A DNA stretch of 64,000 nt from Syntrophomonas sp. DTU019 (GCA_001512785.1 LFSQ01000002.1:529-64528); one strand, 5' to 3'; numbered from the stretch's first letter, positions 38,344-48,198 are shown. A program made the numbers and translations. The notes: a model not told the origin generated them from the sequence alone.

Positions 38344-38796
38344 TCAACGGGCTTTTTTCCGGCCCAGATAGTCTATGGCCGCTCTGGCTGCCAGATAATA
38401 GCTCAACGGCCCGAAGCCGAAGATGCCCCCAACAGCTAAGGGAGACAGCAGCGATTTGCGGCGAAACGGCTCGCGGCTGTATATGTTGGTCATATGTACT
38501 TCGATTACCGGGCGTCCCAAGACCTTGAGGGCATCATACAGGGCTATGCCATAGTGGGTTAAAGCCCCGGCATTAATAATCACCAGATCGCATTCCGGTC
38601 CGGTCGACTGCAGTTTGTCAATCAGCTCGCCCTCGTGATTGGACTGGTAGAATTCGGCTTCTATCTGCCCTTCACTTAAGATTGCCTGCATGTGGCTTTC
38701 AATCTCTGCCAGGGTGCTATGCCCATAAATATCCGGTTCGCGAGTACCCAGGGTATTGAGATTGGGTCCATTTATAATCAGTACCTTGGCTTGCAT
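38344..38796 (-). CDS. aroQ: Type II 3-dehydroquinate dehydratase
   Basis: 150 aa with INGPNLNTLGTREPDIYG and the HMTNIYSRE motif. Confidence 0.93.
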   Translation of the reverse strand: MQAKVLIINGPNLNTLGTREPDIYGHSTLAEIESHMQAILSEGQIEAEFYQSNHEGELIDKLQSTGPECDLVIINAGALTHYGIALYDALKVLGRPVIEVHMTNIYSREPFRRKSLLSPLAVGGIFGFGPLSYYLAARAAIDYLGRKKAR

Positions 38797-38806
38797 TTTT
38801 ACCTCC

Positions 38807-40147
38807 TCAACTGCCGGCCACGCTCAATGAGGCTACCCGCAGGCTGGGTGCGCCGCGGCTGCCGAAGAACTGCACCTCTGTGCCTACCGCATCTATATTC
38901 TGCAGCATGGCAATCATATTGCCGGCTACGGTCAGGCCGCGCACCGGGTAAGTGAGCCGGCCTTTATCAATCACTATGCCGGCTGCACCCAGGGAAAAAT
39001 CCCCGGATACCGGGTTGGCGGTGTGCAGCCCCATTAAATCAGTAATGTAAAGCCCTTCCGCCAAATCCCCCACCATTTCTGCATCGGTTACCTTCCCGGC
39101 CTGAATATAGAGGTTGCTGGGGCTGATGGAGGGCAGGCTGCGAAATGACACCCGCCGGGCATGGCCGGTAGAAGTCAGCCCGGCTCTATGAGCCGCCTGA
39201 TTGTCGTAAAGAAACCCCTTTAAGAGGCCTTGATCTATCAAGACATGCCTTTGCGCCGGAACCCCTTCATCATCAAAGGGGAAGGTGGCCAGACCGCCAT
39301 CCAAAGCAGCATCATCTATCAATGAAAAACCCTCTGCCGCCACTCGTTGCCCGACCTTGTCGGCTAAGAGCGACTTGCCTTTAAAAACCGCTTCAGCGTT
39401 CACCATGGGGGCCAATATACCCAGAAACTTTACGGCTATATAGGGTTCGAATACACAGGGAATTCTTTTTGATTCCATAGCGCGCGCTTTGAGGGTGCGC
39501 AAGGCGCGATGAGCAGCCTCGCGGGCCACTTGCTCGGCATTGAGTTCTGCATAGCGGCGGCGGCTCATGCTGGCAAACCCGCCCTGAGCGTCACCATCCT
39601 GCTCAGCCAGGGCGTACAGATAAAGGCTGCAGTAATTGCCCCGGGCATATGCGTTCACCCCCTGGCTGTTTACTATCAGCACATCAAACTCCTTTTCTTC
39701 ATACCCGGAGCGTTCTACCTTGGAGATGCGCTTATCGGCCGCCCGGGCCATATTTTCCGCCTGCTGTGCCAGGGCGGTCTTTTCCTCTATGGGGTGTTTG
39801 TCCAGCTCTGCATCAAAAGTGTTCAAGCGCGGGTATTCCAACCCTCCCGGGGTCAGGTTCAGGTGTGCATCAGCCGGCATATAGCCCGAGGTTTCCAAAG
39901 CAGTTTGGGCCGCTGCTTTGAGGGCCTGAGGCTTTAAATCTGAAGTGAAAGCAAAACCAAGCCGCTGGGAATTGACGATGCGAATCCCCAGACCGCTTTC
40001 AACCGCTTCCTTAAGGTTTTCCACCTGCCCTTGAGCCACTTCTATCTGCAGTTCGCGACGGCTGCAAGCATAGACTTCTGCTTCCACACCGGGTTTAAGC
40101 GCGTAATTAAGGGCTTGCTCGGCCGCTTTCATCAACATGTCCTGCAC
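38807..40147 (-). CDS. pmbA: PmbA/TldE-family metalloprotease subunit
   Basis: 446 aa from the TldD/PmbA family, lacking the HExxxH motif. It is paired with the upstream tldD. Confidence 0.85.
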   Translation of the reverse strand: MQDMLMKAAEQALNYALKPGVEAEVYACSRRELQIEVAQGQVENLKEAVESGLGIRIVNSQRLGFAFTSDLKPQALKAAAQTALETSGYMPADAHLNLTPGGLEYPRLNTFDAELDKHPIEEKTALAQQAENMARAADKRISKVERSGYEEKEFDVLIVNSQGVNAYARGNYCSLYLYALAEQDGDAQGGFASMSRRRYAELNAEQVAREAAHRALRTLKARAMESKRIPCVFEPYIAVKFLGILAPMVNAEAVFKGKSLLADKVGQRVAAEGFSLIDDAALDGGLATFPFDDEGVPAQRHVLIDQGLLKGFLYDNQAAHRAGLTSTGHARRVSFRSLPSISPSNLYIQAGKVTDAEMVGDLAEGLYITDLMGLHTANPVSGDFSLGAAGIVIDKGRLTYPVRGLTVAGNMIAMLQNIDAVGTEVQFFGSRGAPSLRVASLSVAGS

Positions 40148-40151
40148 TGCT

Positions 40152-41552
40152 TCACCTCCTGGTTCCTGGCCTTACCTGGGTTCCACCCACGGTCAGTTCC
40201 TTGATTCTCATAGTGGGCTGAGCGTCGCTTACCGGAACCCCCTGGCCGTCTTTTCCGCACACCCCGATGGAAAACCCCAGGTCGCACCCCACCCGGTCCA
40301 CATCCGCCAGGGCTTTGGGCCCATTGCCGGCCAGGGTAGCCCCCCGCACCGGATAGCTTACCTTTCCCTTCTCAACCATGTAAGCCTCGCTTACCTCAAA
40401 AACAAAATCGCCGCTGATGGTATTGACCTGGCCGCCGCCCATTTTCAAAACCAGCAGGCCGCGGTCGGTGGAAGCGATGATCTCCTGGGGATCATCCTCT
40501 CCCGGGGCAATAATGGTGTTGCTCATGCGGGGGATGGGTTTATGCTGATACGATTCCCGGCGGCCATTGCCGGTGCTGTTAGTTTTATCCTGAATGGCAT
40601 AGAGGCGGTCATACAAGTAGTTTACCAGCCGCCCTTTCTCGATTAATACAGTGGCTTGAGCAGCCTGGCCTTCATCATCAAAGCGGTAGCTGCCGTAGCG
40701 ATGCAGCAGAGTGGCATCATCTATTACCGTCACCAGTGGTGAAGCCACCATCTGGCCTATTCTGCCCTGATAAACCGACAGCCCCTTATGTACCAGATCA
40801 GCTTCCAGCCCGTGCCCACAGGCTTCGTGCACCATGGTGCCACCGGCCTGCGCGGACATGATTACCGGCATACGCCCTGCTGGCGCAGGCTGAGCTGTGA
40901 GCATATCGATAGCCAGCCGGGCTGCTTTATAAGCCCGTTCTTCCCAGTGTTCTTCATCCAGCAGTTCCCAGCCGCACACCCCGCCAATAGATTCATAGCC
41001 GGTCTGCAGGAGGCTGCCCTGGCTGGCTACTACATTGATCATCCCGCGGATGCGGTTGAACCTGTCCTCCACCCATTCCCCCAGGCTGCTGGCAAACAGC
41101 ACCTCTTTCTCCACATCGGCCAGGGCCACCGATACCTGGCGTACTGCCGGGCCAGCCCTGCGGGCTGCCTGATTGGCGGCCAAGGCCTTCTCGATCTTGT
41201 GCTGCCAGGGGACTGGTTGAGCTGCCTGAGCATCTAAGCGAGGGTAATCCTTACTGAGCCCGGTCAAGGGTATGACCCTGCTGGCGGAAGAGCTGTTTAT
41301 GGCCTGGCCGGCGATTTTAGCAGCCTTTTCCAGGGCTGCCGGGCTCAGGTCGCTGCTGTACACATAAGCCGTCTGCCGCCCTTTAATCACCCTGATGCCC
41401 AGGCCGTTTTCCATCCCGCTGTGGATCTTTTCCACCTGCTCATCTTCCAGCCAGATACCGCTGTTTTTCTTTTTCTCTATATAAATATCAGCGTAATCGC
41501 CGCCGGTTTGCAGGGCGAGAGCAAGCAGCCTCTTCAACAGCGCAGCCTCCAT
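40152..41552 (-). CDS. tldD: TldD metalloprotease
   Basis: 466 aa with the HEACGHGLE zinc motif and a C-terminal GVCGKDGQ. Confidence 0.9.
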   Translation of the reverse strand: MEAALLKRLLALALQTGGDYADIYIEKKKNSGIWLEDEQVEKIHSGMENGLGIRVIKGRQTAYVYSSDLSPAALEKAAKIAGQAINSSSASRVIPLTGLSKDYPRLDAQAAQPVPWQHKIEKALAANQAARRAGPAVRQVSVALADVEKEVLFASSLGEWVEDRFNRIRGMINVVASQGSLLQTGYESIGGVCGWELLDEEHWEERAYKAARLAIDMLTAQPAPAGRMPVIMSAQAGGTMVHEACGHGLEADLVHKGLSVYQGRIGQMVASPLVTVIDDATLLHRYGSYRFDDEGQAAQATVLIEKGRLVNYLYDRLYAIQDKTNSTGNGRRESYQHKPIPRMSNTIIAPGEDDPQEIIASTDRGLLVLKMGGGQVNTISGDFVFEVSEAYMVEKGKVSYPVRGATLAGNGPKALADVDRVGCDLGFSIGVCGKDGQGVPVSDAQPTMRIKELTVGGTQVRPGTRR

Positions 41553-41738
41553 CTTTTTGCCCCCTTAACTGATTTTTTAATATGTTTCCCATTTTACCGG
41601 TCTTAAGGTGTGGGATTCTGCTATGCCATATTTTTCTTAGCAATCATTATACCATTCCCGGTGAGTATTGTTGCTAAGCGGGCAGGCACAAAACGAGATT
41701 AAACCTCTTTTCCTCTCATCTGCTTAAAGCCCGTATCA

Positions 41739-42218
41739 TCAAAGGCCGGCCGGGGCCTTATCGAGGGATTGTACTTCAATATAAACGCTTACCGTCTCGG
41801 CGATGACTATCATCTCCACCGACAGGGCGATTATCCGGTTACCGACCTCAATCTGCCGCTCGTCTATTATATCCGGAATCAACCGGTGGTTGACCTCAGC
41901 AACGCCTTGCCCGTATATTGGCTCCAACCATGCTCTGATGCTTTTCTCAACCTCCAACGCGATCATGCTTTTTTCGAAATCAGTGAAATCATTTTTATCT
42001 GCAAACTGCACATGAGTATCAACCCTGCTTATAATTCTTTTCTGGGGCTTTTCTTTTAACTGCTCTATTTGCTTTTCCATGGTTCTCATCTTATCCTGTA
42101 ATGACATATTCTCTATATGCAATGCATCGATCTGGGATCCAATTAATACAGTAGTGCAAGAGGCACCTGAGAGTATGCCCAGGACAAAAATGACCACCCC
42201 AAATACTAAACGCTTCAT
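41739..42218 (-). CDS. ytrI: Sporulation membrane protein YtrI-like
   Basis: 159 aa with one N-terminal TM helix. It overlaps the ytrH stop by 4 nt. Assigned by the pairing with ytrH. Confidence 0.6.
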   Translation of the reverse strand: MKRLVFGVVIFVLGILSGASCTTVLIGSQIDALHIENMSLQDKMRTMEKQIEQLKEKPQKRIISRVDTHVQFADKNDFTDFEKSMIALEVEKSIRAWLEPIYGQGVAEVNHRLIPDIIDERQIEVGNRIIALSVEMIVIAETVSVYIEVQSLDKAPAGL

Positions 42219-42541
42219 TTACCTTTACCTGAAAGGATAAAAATCAAGTAATAGCCCACCTGAGTGCCGAGGATAGCTATAAAAATGTACAGGAGTTGTT
42301 TTACCAGGGGTCTCAATTCACCTTTAAAAAGCCCGGATTCAATGATTTCAAAGGTCGAAAAAGTGCCCCCGATAGCAGCCACGATAGCCCAGATTTTAAT
42401 CTCTTTGGCCAGTTTTAGCATGGTGCTGATAGGGGGCTCTTTAACCAGTACAGCTGCAAGTGAGCCCAATAATGACGACCCCAGGACTATTCCCATAGCC
42501 GTAAAGAATATTAATACGCATTTGTGCGAAAAGGCATACAT
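42215..42541 (-). CDS. ytrH: Sporulation membrane protein YtrH
   Basis: 108 aa. It matches the remembered YtrH signature (GSSLLGSLAAVL..EPP...KIWAIVAAIGGTF). Confidence 0.75.
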   Translation of the reverse strand: MYAFSHKCVLIFFTAMGIVLGSSLLGSLAAVLVKEPPISTMLKLAKEIKIWAIVAAIGGTFSTFEIIESGLFKGELRPLVKQLLYIFIAILGTQVGYYLIFILSGKGK

Positions 42542-42769
42542 AGCTTATCAAACCCCGTTTAAACCTGTGCATGCCCTAATATATTCAACTGCGCAGATTC
42601 TATTACAGCTTCGTCTAAATACTGGGTTATATGGCAAACCGTATTCAGCTGTATTGGCTGCCGAAAAAACACCAAGAAGGATTGCTCTGGCAGGTAACCA
42701 ATCCTGCCAGTGCGATCCCCTCTTTCAATAAGCATATGTGAGCAACTAACACCCGGCAGAAGGCCGTTG

Positions 42770-43606
42770 CTAAGCCCCGTCAACGGCATCCGCTTCCGGC
42801 AGCTCAAATTCACACGGGACCCCCACCTGGCATTTCCCGCACCCGTAGCGGGGATTGAATTTTTCCGCAGTGCGATCTATAAATCGCGAACATTTGTGGT
42901 GGTCCTTGCCCTCTTCTTTGGAAATCGCCTTAACCGGGCAGCGCTGTACACATTTGCCGCACCGTGTACAGTATTGGTCAAATATATCATAATCCCTGTT
43001 GTCGGGTTGCAGGTACATAGTAGTGATGACACTGCCAAGCCTTCCCGCTGTACCTTTAGGGGTTATCAGTCCTTTGGAAAGCCCAAAGGTGCCTAACCCG
43101 CATATGTAGGCCACATGCCGTTCCGACCAGTTGCTGGTGAAATGGCCCGGTTTATCAGGCTTATCTGTATTGCTCCAGAATCTCGGGTCCAAGCCCGGTA
43201 CCAGGCTGGGATAACCGGACTGTTCCAGTACGGATTGCACATACCGGCATACCGCATTTATAAACTGCTGCCCTTCAAGGCGGGCATGAAGCCATTCAGC
43301 GGAAGGCCACACCTGTTCCTCTCTATTTGTGCTGCAGACCGTTTCACTCAATGGCATGAAGAAGGCTATGACCGTTCGCGCCCCTGGCAACCAGTCGGCT
43401 GGCAGCATAAAATGCTCCCCGATTACCGAGTCCTTCTTTAACAATTTAAAATAAGCATCATCAGCAGCCCCGAAAGCGAAAATGGGCCGCTCATACATCT
43501 TCACCATGCTGGCTTTTCCCGCATGGGCGGTTTCTGCACATACATAATTTTCTGCCGCACTGTCCACATACTCCCCCACAGCCTGAATCAAATCATGTTT
43601 ATCCAC
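42770..43606 (-). CDS. 4Fe-4S cluster protein (epoxyqueuosine-reductase/reductive-dehalogenase-related)
   Basis: 278 aa with the ferredoxin motifs CTRCGKCVQRCP and CGKCQVGVPC near the C-terminus. Confidence 0.65.
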   Translation of the reverse strand: MDKHDLIQAVGEYVDSAAENYVCAETAHAGKASMVKMYERPIFAFGAADDAYFKLLKKDSVIGEHFMLPADWLPGARTVIAFFMPLSETVCSTNREEQVWPSAEWLHARLEGQQFINAVCRYVQSVLEQSGYPSLVPGLDPRFWSNTDKPDKPGHFTSNWSERHVAYICGLGTFGLSKGLITPKGTAGRLGSVITTMYLQPDNRDYDIFDQYCTRCGKCVQRCPVKAISKEEGKDHHKCSRFIDRTAEKFNPRYGCGKCQVGVPCEFELPEADAVDGA

Positions 43607-43852
43607 CGCTGGCCCTCCTCATACCGCTTTACAGCCATTGTAAACGCTCGCTTCTATTATACCGGGGCATCTGCCAATGATGTTTCAGTTTTCCTATAGA
43701 GCCGGGGGCGATGGAAAGCAAGGCCAGAATTTTTGATATTTACGGTTCATATTGGCCATCATGAGGCTGTGTCGGAGCATAATACGGTGGGATTAACAGC
43801 TGAGCAGCCCGGTCAGGCGGCAGCATTTGCCAGGCTTTGATCAGCTTTATCA

Positions 43853-44245
43853 TCACAGCAGCGTTTCCTGGCCTGGCAATACTATGATGAAATTCCTGGA
43901 AGCCTGGTATGATGCGCCCTGGTAGCTGCCGGTAGCTGTGACCGTATATTGGCAGTCCGTGCCGACCATCTGCAGGCTGCTGCTGACTGTGCAGTGAGCC
44001 CCATTGGGAAAAGCCAGCTCAGCTTGCAGGGAATCGCCCGGTGCGAAAGAAGGGTGGGCCAGCTGGCAGTGTGCCCAGGCCAGTCCGGCATCAGCCGCCT
44101 GCCAGGCCTGCAGGCTGCAGCGGTCCCAGTACACGATCCGGCCGTTGACATAAGCAGTGTTTAGCGCTGCCATTATAAAAGCGCTGCAGACCAACATGAT
44201 CAGCAGCACCAGAATAACCGCATTGCCCTGTTGATCATTCTTCAC
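43853..44245 (-). CDS. Minor pilin / PilX-ComGG-like pilus protein
   Basis: 130 aa with an N-terminal hydrophobic helix (AVILVLLIMLVCSAFIMAAL). It is the last gene of the pilus operon. Confidence 0.6.
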   Translation of the reverse strand: MKNDQQGNAVILVLLIMLVCSAFIMAALNTAYVNGRIVYWDRCSLQAWQAADAGLAWAHCQLAHPSFAPGDSLQAELAFPNGAHCTVSSSLQMVGTDCQYTVTATGSYQGASYQASRNFIIVLPGQETLL

Positions 44246-44801
44246 CGCCCTGTATCACCTCATCAGCATAGCGGTTGTAGCTTAAGCTGCAGATGCTTTC
44301 ACAGCAGGCCCCATTTTGTTCGGCCCTGATCAACATCAGCACTGTACCTGGATTATGGCTGGAGAAATGCAAACTGTTGACGTGTTCTGCCAGGGGGAGC
44401 GGTGAACTGTGATTGCTGTCACGATACAGCTGATCGTTATCTATGTAATAATGCAAGAGCTCATCGCTCATGGTCAGAAACAGGTGCGGCCCGCTAACTG
44501 CGGGTTGGCCCGAGGCGTCTTTGACCTGCACCTGAATGCAAGCCGCCAAATCCGCAGCCAAATACTGACGGCTCCTTCTCACTGAGTACTGCAGTTCCGG
44601 CAGGTCTTGAAGCTGACTGGTGGCCAGAAATACATGCCAATACACGGCCATGACGCTGTGCAGCATGAGCAGCAATAAAAACAAGGCCAGTACGGTTTCC
44701 AGCAGTGTCAATCCGGACTGGCCTTTTAAACCCGGCAGGTATTTACGGAGGTACATACACCAGGGTATACATCTCCACTGCTTTTTGGCTTTGTCCGCCA
44801 T
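44235..44801 (-). CDS. Prepilin-type minor pseudopilin
   Basis: It has the cleavage/methylation-type N-terminus G-LTLLETVLALFLLLL. The start is probably internal, since the ORF overlaps the upstream gene. Confidence 0.7.
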   Translation of the reverse strand: MADKAKKQWRCIPWCMYLRKYLPGLKGQSGLTLLETVLALFLLLLMLHSVMAVYWHVFLATSQLQDLPELQYSVRRSRQYLAADLAACIQVQVKDASGQPAVSGPHLFLTMSDELLHYYIDNDQLYRDSNHSSPLPLAEHVNSLHFSSHNPGTVLMLIRAEQNGACCESICSLSYNRYADEVIQGGEE

Positions 44802-45192
44802 CCCAGTTAACCCTCACCTGTACTTGCCATAATTGAGCCTGGCCATTATAGGGCTGAAAATCGGCCTGCCAGGGATAAGTGTTCTCTGCTGGAGGCTCGC
44901 CCAGCAACAGCTGGCGGGCATCTGTGCCGCTTGAAGGCCCGCTGGCCAGCAACCCGGGCTGGGCCCGGCAATAGTCCAAAATTCCAAAAGCCAGTACTGC
45001 AGCTTGAGCCTGCCTTTCGGCCTCTTTTACCCAGTGCCCGCTGACAGCAGCAATTTTGATAAGAGAGCCCGCCAACAATGCCAGCAACAGCAAGGCCACC
45101 AGAACTTCCAGCAAGGTGACCCCGGCCCGATTGCGCAGTGGGCCCAGGCAGTTCATTAGGGCTTTTTTATTACGGTCCGCCCGGTTCGCCAC
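44743..45192 (-). CDS. Prepilin-type minor pseudopilin
   Basis: N-terminus reads AGVTLLEVLVALLLLALLAG. Confidence 0.7.
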   Translation of the reverse strand: MANRADRNKKALMNCLGPLRNRAGVTLLEVLVALLLLALLAGSLIKIAAVSGHWVKEAERQAQAAVLAFGILDYCRAQPGLLASGPSSGTDARQLLLGEPPAENTYPWQADFQPYNGQAQLWQVQVRVNWDGGQSQKAVEMYTLVYVPP

Positions 45193-45505
45193 GGCCTAGG
45201 TCTGCCAGGGTATAAGGTTCTTCAGTACCGGGTTTATTGGGAATCTCTCTGACATAGTTGCCTTCAACCAGCTGATTTAAGTCAGTCACCGTTTCACCTT
45301 CATTAGTCTCGTACAGGTCGCAGGCGTTGTTGAGCATCTCGATGTTGGCTTGATCAACCCTTTCCCCGGAGTCTGCCAAAATATTGGCGAATCGAGGGAC
45401 CACCAATCCGGCCAAAAGGGCCAGAACAGCCATGACCACGACCAGCTCAATTAAGGTAAAACCCTGCTCCCCTTTCAGTTTTGACCTCATTTTCAGCACA
45501 CTCAC
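45170..45505 (-). CDS. Major (pseudo)pilin, ComGC/PilA-like
   Basis: 111 aa with the canonical class III signal KGEQG/FTLIELVVVMAVLA. It lies immediately after the platform protein gene. Confidence 0.82.
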   Translation of the reverse strand: MSVLKMRSKLKGEQGFTLIELVVVMAVLALLAGLVVPRFANILADSGERVDQANIEMLNNACDLYETNEGETVTDLNQLVEGNYVREIPNKPGTEEPYTLADLGRGEPGGP

Positions 45506-45534
45506 CTTTCACACCTCCTCTCTATCCCTTTTCA

Positions 45535-46716
45535 CTACATGCCGCCGGCCAGATCCATGAGACTGTACATCGGCAGAAGGGTGGCTATTACCGTAGTCCC
45601 TACCAGAAAAGCCACTATTACAATCAAGGCAGGTTCCAGCAAGGCAATCATGCTATCCAGCCGGTGCAGCAGGTCCTTTTTCAGATGTGCAGCCAATGCC
45701 GCGAGCATTTCAGCAAGGCTGCCGCTCTCTTCCCCGGCCGCGATCATGCGGGTGTACATTTCATCAAAAACACCGTCTTTAGCCAGACTGCGGGCAATGC
45801 TTTGCCCGGCTCGCATGCCTGAACAGGTCTCTTCCAGGACTTTCTGCAAATAGAGGTTTCCCGCCGTTTTTCCGGCGGTTTCCAGAGCAGTCAAGGCTGG
45901 CACCCCCACCTTGAGCAAAACCGCCAGGGTCTCAGTGATCCGCATAATGGCCAACCCCCGCACCGTATTGCCCAGCAGGGGAAGAAAGAGCAGCTTTTGG
46001 TGCACTCGTAAGGCGAAAGGGGCGTGCCGCATAGCCCTGATGAGGATAAAGCTGCCTGCCAAAATCAGGACCAGTATCAAGCAGCCATAATGCCTGATAA
46101 ACTCTGCACTGTATATGACCATGACCGTCACTGCCGGCAGGGATACCCCGCTTGCCTGGTAGAGTTCGCCAAACATCGGCATGATAAAAAAGCTTATGCC
46201 CAGTACTGCGGCTATGGCAAAAACGAATACGATGCTGGGATAAGCCAGGGCCGTCAATATCCGCCGGTTGATCTCGTATTGGTGCTCTATGTATTCACTG
46301 GCCCGGTAGAGCATGTCGGTGAGTACACCGCCCGATTCACCGACCTTTACCATCTGCAAGGCCAGGGTGGGAAACAATTGATGGTGCCCGGCCAATGCCT
46401 GATAGAGGGACATGCCGCCTCGCAGCTGATTCAGTATGTCATCCAGGGCTTCTCTTAAATAAGGCCTTGAGGTCTGGGCAAGCAGGATTTCCAGGGCGCG
46501 TTCCAGACTGAGACCGGCGTCCAACATCACCGCCAGCTGCTTCAACAACTGGGATATCTCGCGACGCGGTACGCCTGCCCATCTCAACCACTCCCGCGCA
46601 TGTCTCATTATGAAGGCCAAACCGGACCACACTATATTCGCTTTAGAGGCTGATTCTTCACTAACGGTTTCTTCCCGCCTTAATACCGCCTGCTCCATCA
46701 TGACCTTCCCTTTCAT
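45535..46716 (-). CDS. Type IV pilus / competence pseudopilus platform protein (GspF/PilC/ComGB family)
   Basis: 393 aa with a duplicated GspF domain and 3 TM segments. The 5' end overlaps the ATPase gene by 56 nt, so the start is uncertain. Confidence 0.88.
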   Translation of the reverse strand: MKGKVMMEQAVLRREETVSEESASKANIVWSGLAFIMRHAREWLRWAGVPRREISQLLKQLAVMLDAGLSLERALEILLAQTSRPYLREALDDILNQLRGGMSLYQALAGHHQLFPTLALQMVKVGESGGVLTDMLYRASEYIEHQYEINRRILTALAYPSIVFVFAIAAVLGISFFIMPMFGELYQASGVSLPAVTVMVIYSAEFIRHYGCLILVLILAGSFILIRAMRHAPFALRVHQKLLFLPLLGNTVRGLAIMRITETLAVLLKVGVPALTALETAGKTAGNLYLQKVLEETCSGMRAGQSIARSLAKDGVFDEMYTRMIAAGEESGSLAEMLAALAAHLKKDLLHRLDSMIALLEPALIVIVAFLVGTTVIATLLPMYSLMDLAGGM

Positions 46717-48004
46717 GGTCTTCGCTTACCACCCGCATCACCTCTTCCAGGCTGCTCAAGCCCTGTACGGCCTTATCGATGCCATCACAGATTATAGGCA
46801 CCATATGACTGGCAACCGCCAGGGCTTCCAGTTCCTCTTCAGAGCGGGTGCCTGTATAAATGGCCTTTTTCAAACCCGCCCCAATTACCATTACTTCTTG
46901 AATGGCGGTTCGCCCCCGGTAGCCCAGACCCAGGCAGTGACTGCACCCCAGCGGCCTGTACATGTTCATTCCGGTCAATTCGGGGCGCTGCAGTGATGCT
47001 GCCTCCAGGTGATCCAGCTGATAGCTTTCCCGACATAGCGGGCACAACAGCCTTATCAGGCGCTGGGCCACAATACCGGCCAGGGCTGAAGCCAATAAGT
47101 ACGGCTCACACCCCATGTCCATCAGTCGGGTCACCGCTGCGGCAGCACTGTTGGTATGCAGGGTGGATAGGACCAGATGGCCGGTCAAGGCTGCATGGAC
47201 TGCCAATTGCGCAGTCTCCTGATCGCGGATCTCACCCACCATGATCACATCCGGATCCTGGCGCAGGGCGGAACGCAGCCCATTGGCAAAACGAAGCCCG
47301 GCCTTGTAATTGATCTGCACCTGATTGATGTTTTCCAGGGAGTACTCCACCGGGTCTTCAAGGGTGATGATATTCTTGTGCACGGTATTGATGGCATGCA
47401 GCAGGGCGTAGAGGGTGCTGGTCTTGCCGCTGCCGGTGGGGCCGGTCACCAGCAACAAGCCGTGGCTGCGATGGGAAAGGCCTTTTAGAAGCCGGTAATT
47501 GTGCCGGCTTAAGCCCAGTTGCCCCAACTGGCTGATGGCTTGTTGGCGATCTAAGACCCTTATTACCGCCTTTTCGCCATGCTGTACAGGCATGGTGGAA
47601 ACCCGGCAGTCCACCTTGCCATGTGAAGCCTCAAAGGTAAAGCGCCCATCCTGGGGAAGCCGTTTTTCGGCTATATCCATTCCCGCCAGGATTTTGAGGC
47701 GGGATATCAGCTGGGGATGGACTTCACGCTCCAGAGCGGCCACCTGATACATCATGCCGTCAATACGGAAACGCAGCCGAATATCGCTTTCCCGGCACTC
47801 GATATGAATATCGCTGGCCCGGTGCTGTATAGCCTGATGCAGGATCTCGTCCAGTAAATCAATGCAGTTGAAGCCAGCAAGCTCTTCAAGGGATATGTAT
47901 GCCCTGCTTTGCCCCGGTTTGATTTCCGCAGCGGGCTGTTTAGTATCGGTTATTGGTATAACCTTCGGCCTTAAACCTTGCTCCACAGCGCTTTTATAGG
48001 CCAT
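46661..48004 (-). CDS. Type IV pilus / competence pseudopilus assembly ATPase (GspE/PilB/ComGA family)
   Basis: 447 aa with Walker A GPTGSGKT, the Asp box, Walker B (IMVGEIRD) and a tetracysteine motif (CPLC...CSHC). Confidence 0.92.
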   Translation of the reverse strand: MAYKSAVEQGLRPKVIPITDTKQPAAEIKPGQSRAYISLEELAGFNCIDLLDEILHQAIQHRASDIHIECRESDIRLRFRIDGMMYQVAALEREVHPQLISRLKILAGMDIAEKRLPQDGRFTFEASHGKVDCRVSTMPVQHGEKAVIRVLDRQQAISQLGQLGLSRHNYRLLKGLSHRSHGLLLVTGPTGSGKTSTLYALLHAINTVHKNIITLEDPVEYSLENINQVQINYKAGLRFANGLRSALRQDPDVIMVGEIRDQETAQLAVHAALTGHLVLSTLHTNSAAAAVTRLMDMGCEPYLLASALAGIVAQRLIRLLCPLCRESYQLDHLEAASLQRPELTGMNMYRPLGCSHCLGLGYRGRTAIQEVMVIGAGLKKAIYTGTRSEEELEALAVASHMVPIICDGIDKAVQGLSSLEEVMRVVSEDHEREGHDGAGGIKAGRNR

Positions 48005-48092
48005 TTTTCTACACCAACCGCTCGCTTGTGCAGTGCTAATCTAAATATATACATCTTTTTCCATTATTTCCATAAGATGTTTTTTATTATTT

Positions 48093-48120
48093 TGTAGCAT
48101 GCTGTCATCAATATGCTACA
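48093..48120. promoter_or_regulatory. Perfect 8-bp inverted repeat in a divergent promoter region (candidate operator)
   Basis: The sequence is TGTAGCAT-N12-ATGCTACA, followed by an AT-rich TATATATAT. It lies between the pilus ATPase gene (minus strand) and the orphan 447-aa gene (plus strand). Confidence 0.4.
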
Positions 48121-48198
48121 GCTATATATATTACCTGGACTTAATAAGCCATCTCTGTTATGTTTTTGTTAGCAAAAATAGGGAGGAAGAGAGGCCTG

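Noticed and set aside
46661-46716. The 56-nt overlap of the pilus ATPase and platform genes, considered as evidence of a fusion or frameshift.
   Set aside because: The two reading frames differ and both proteins are full-length. The overlap most likely reflects a platform-gene start further downstream than the one in the track.
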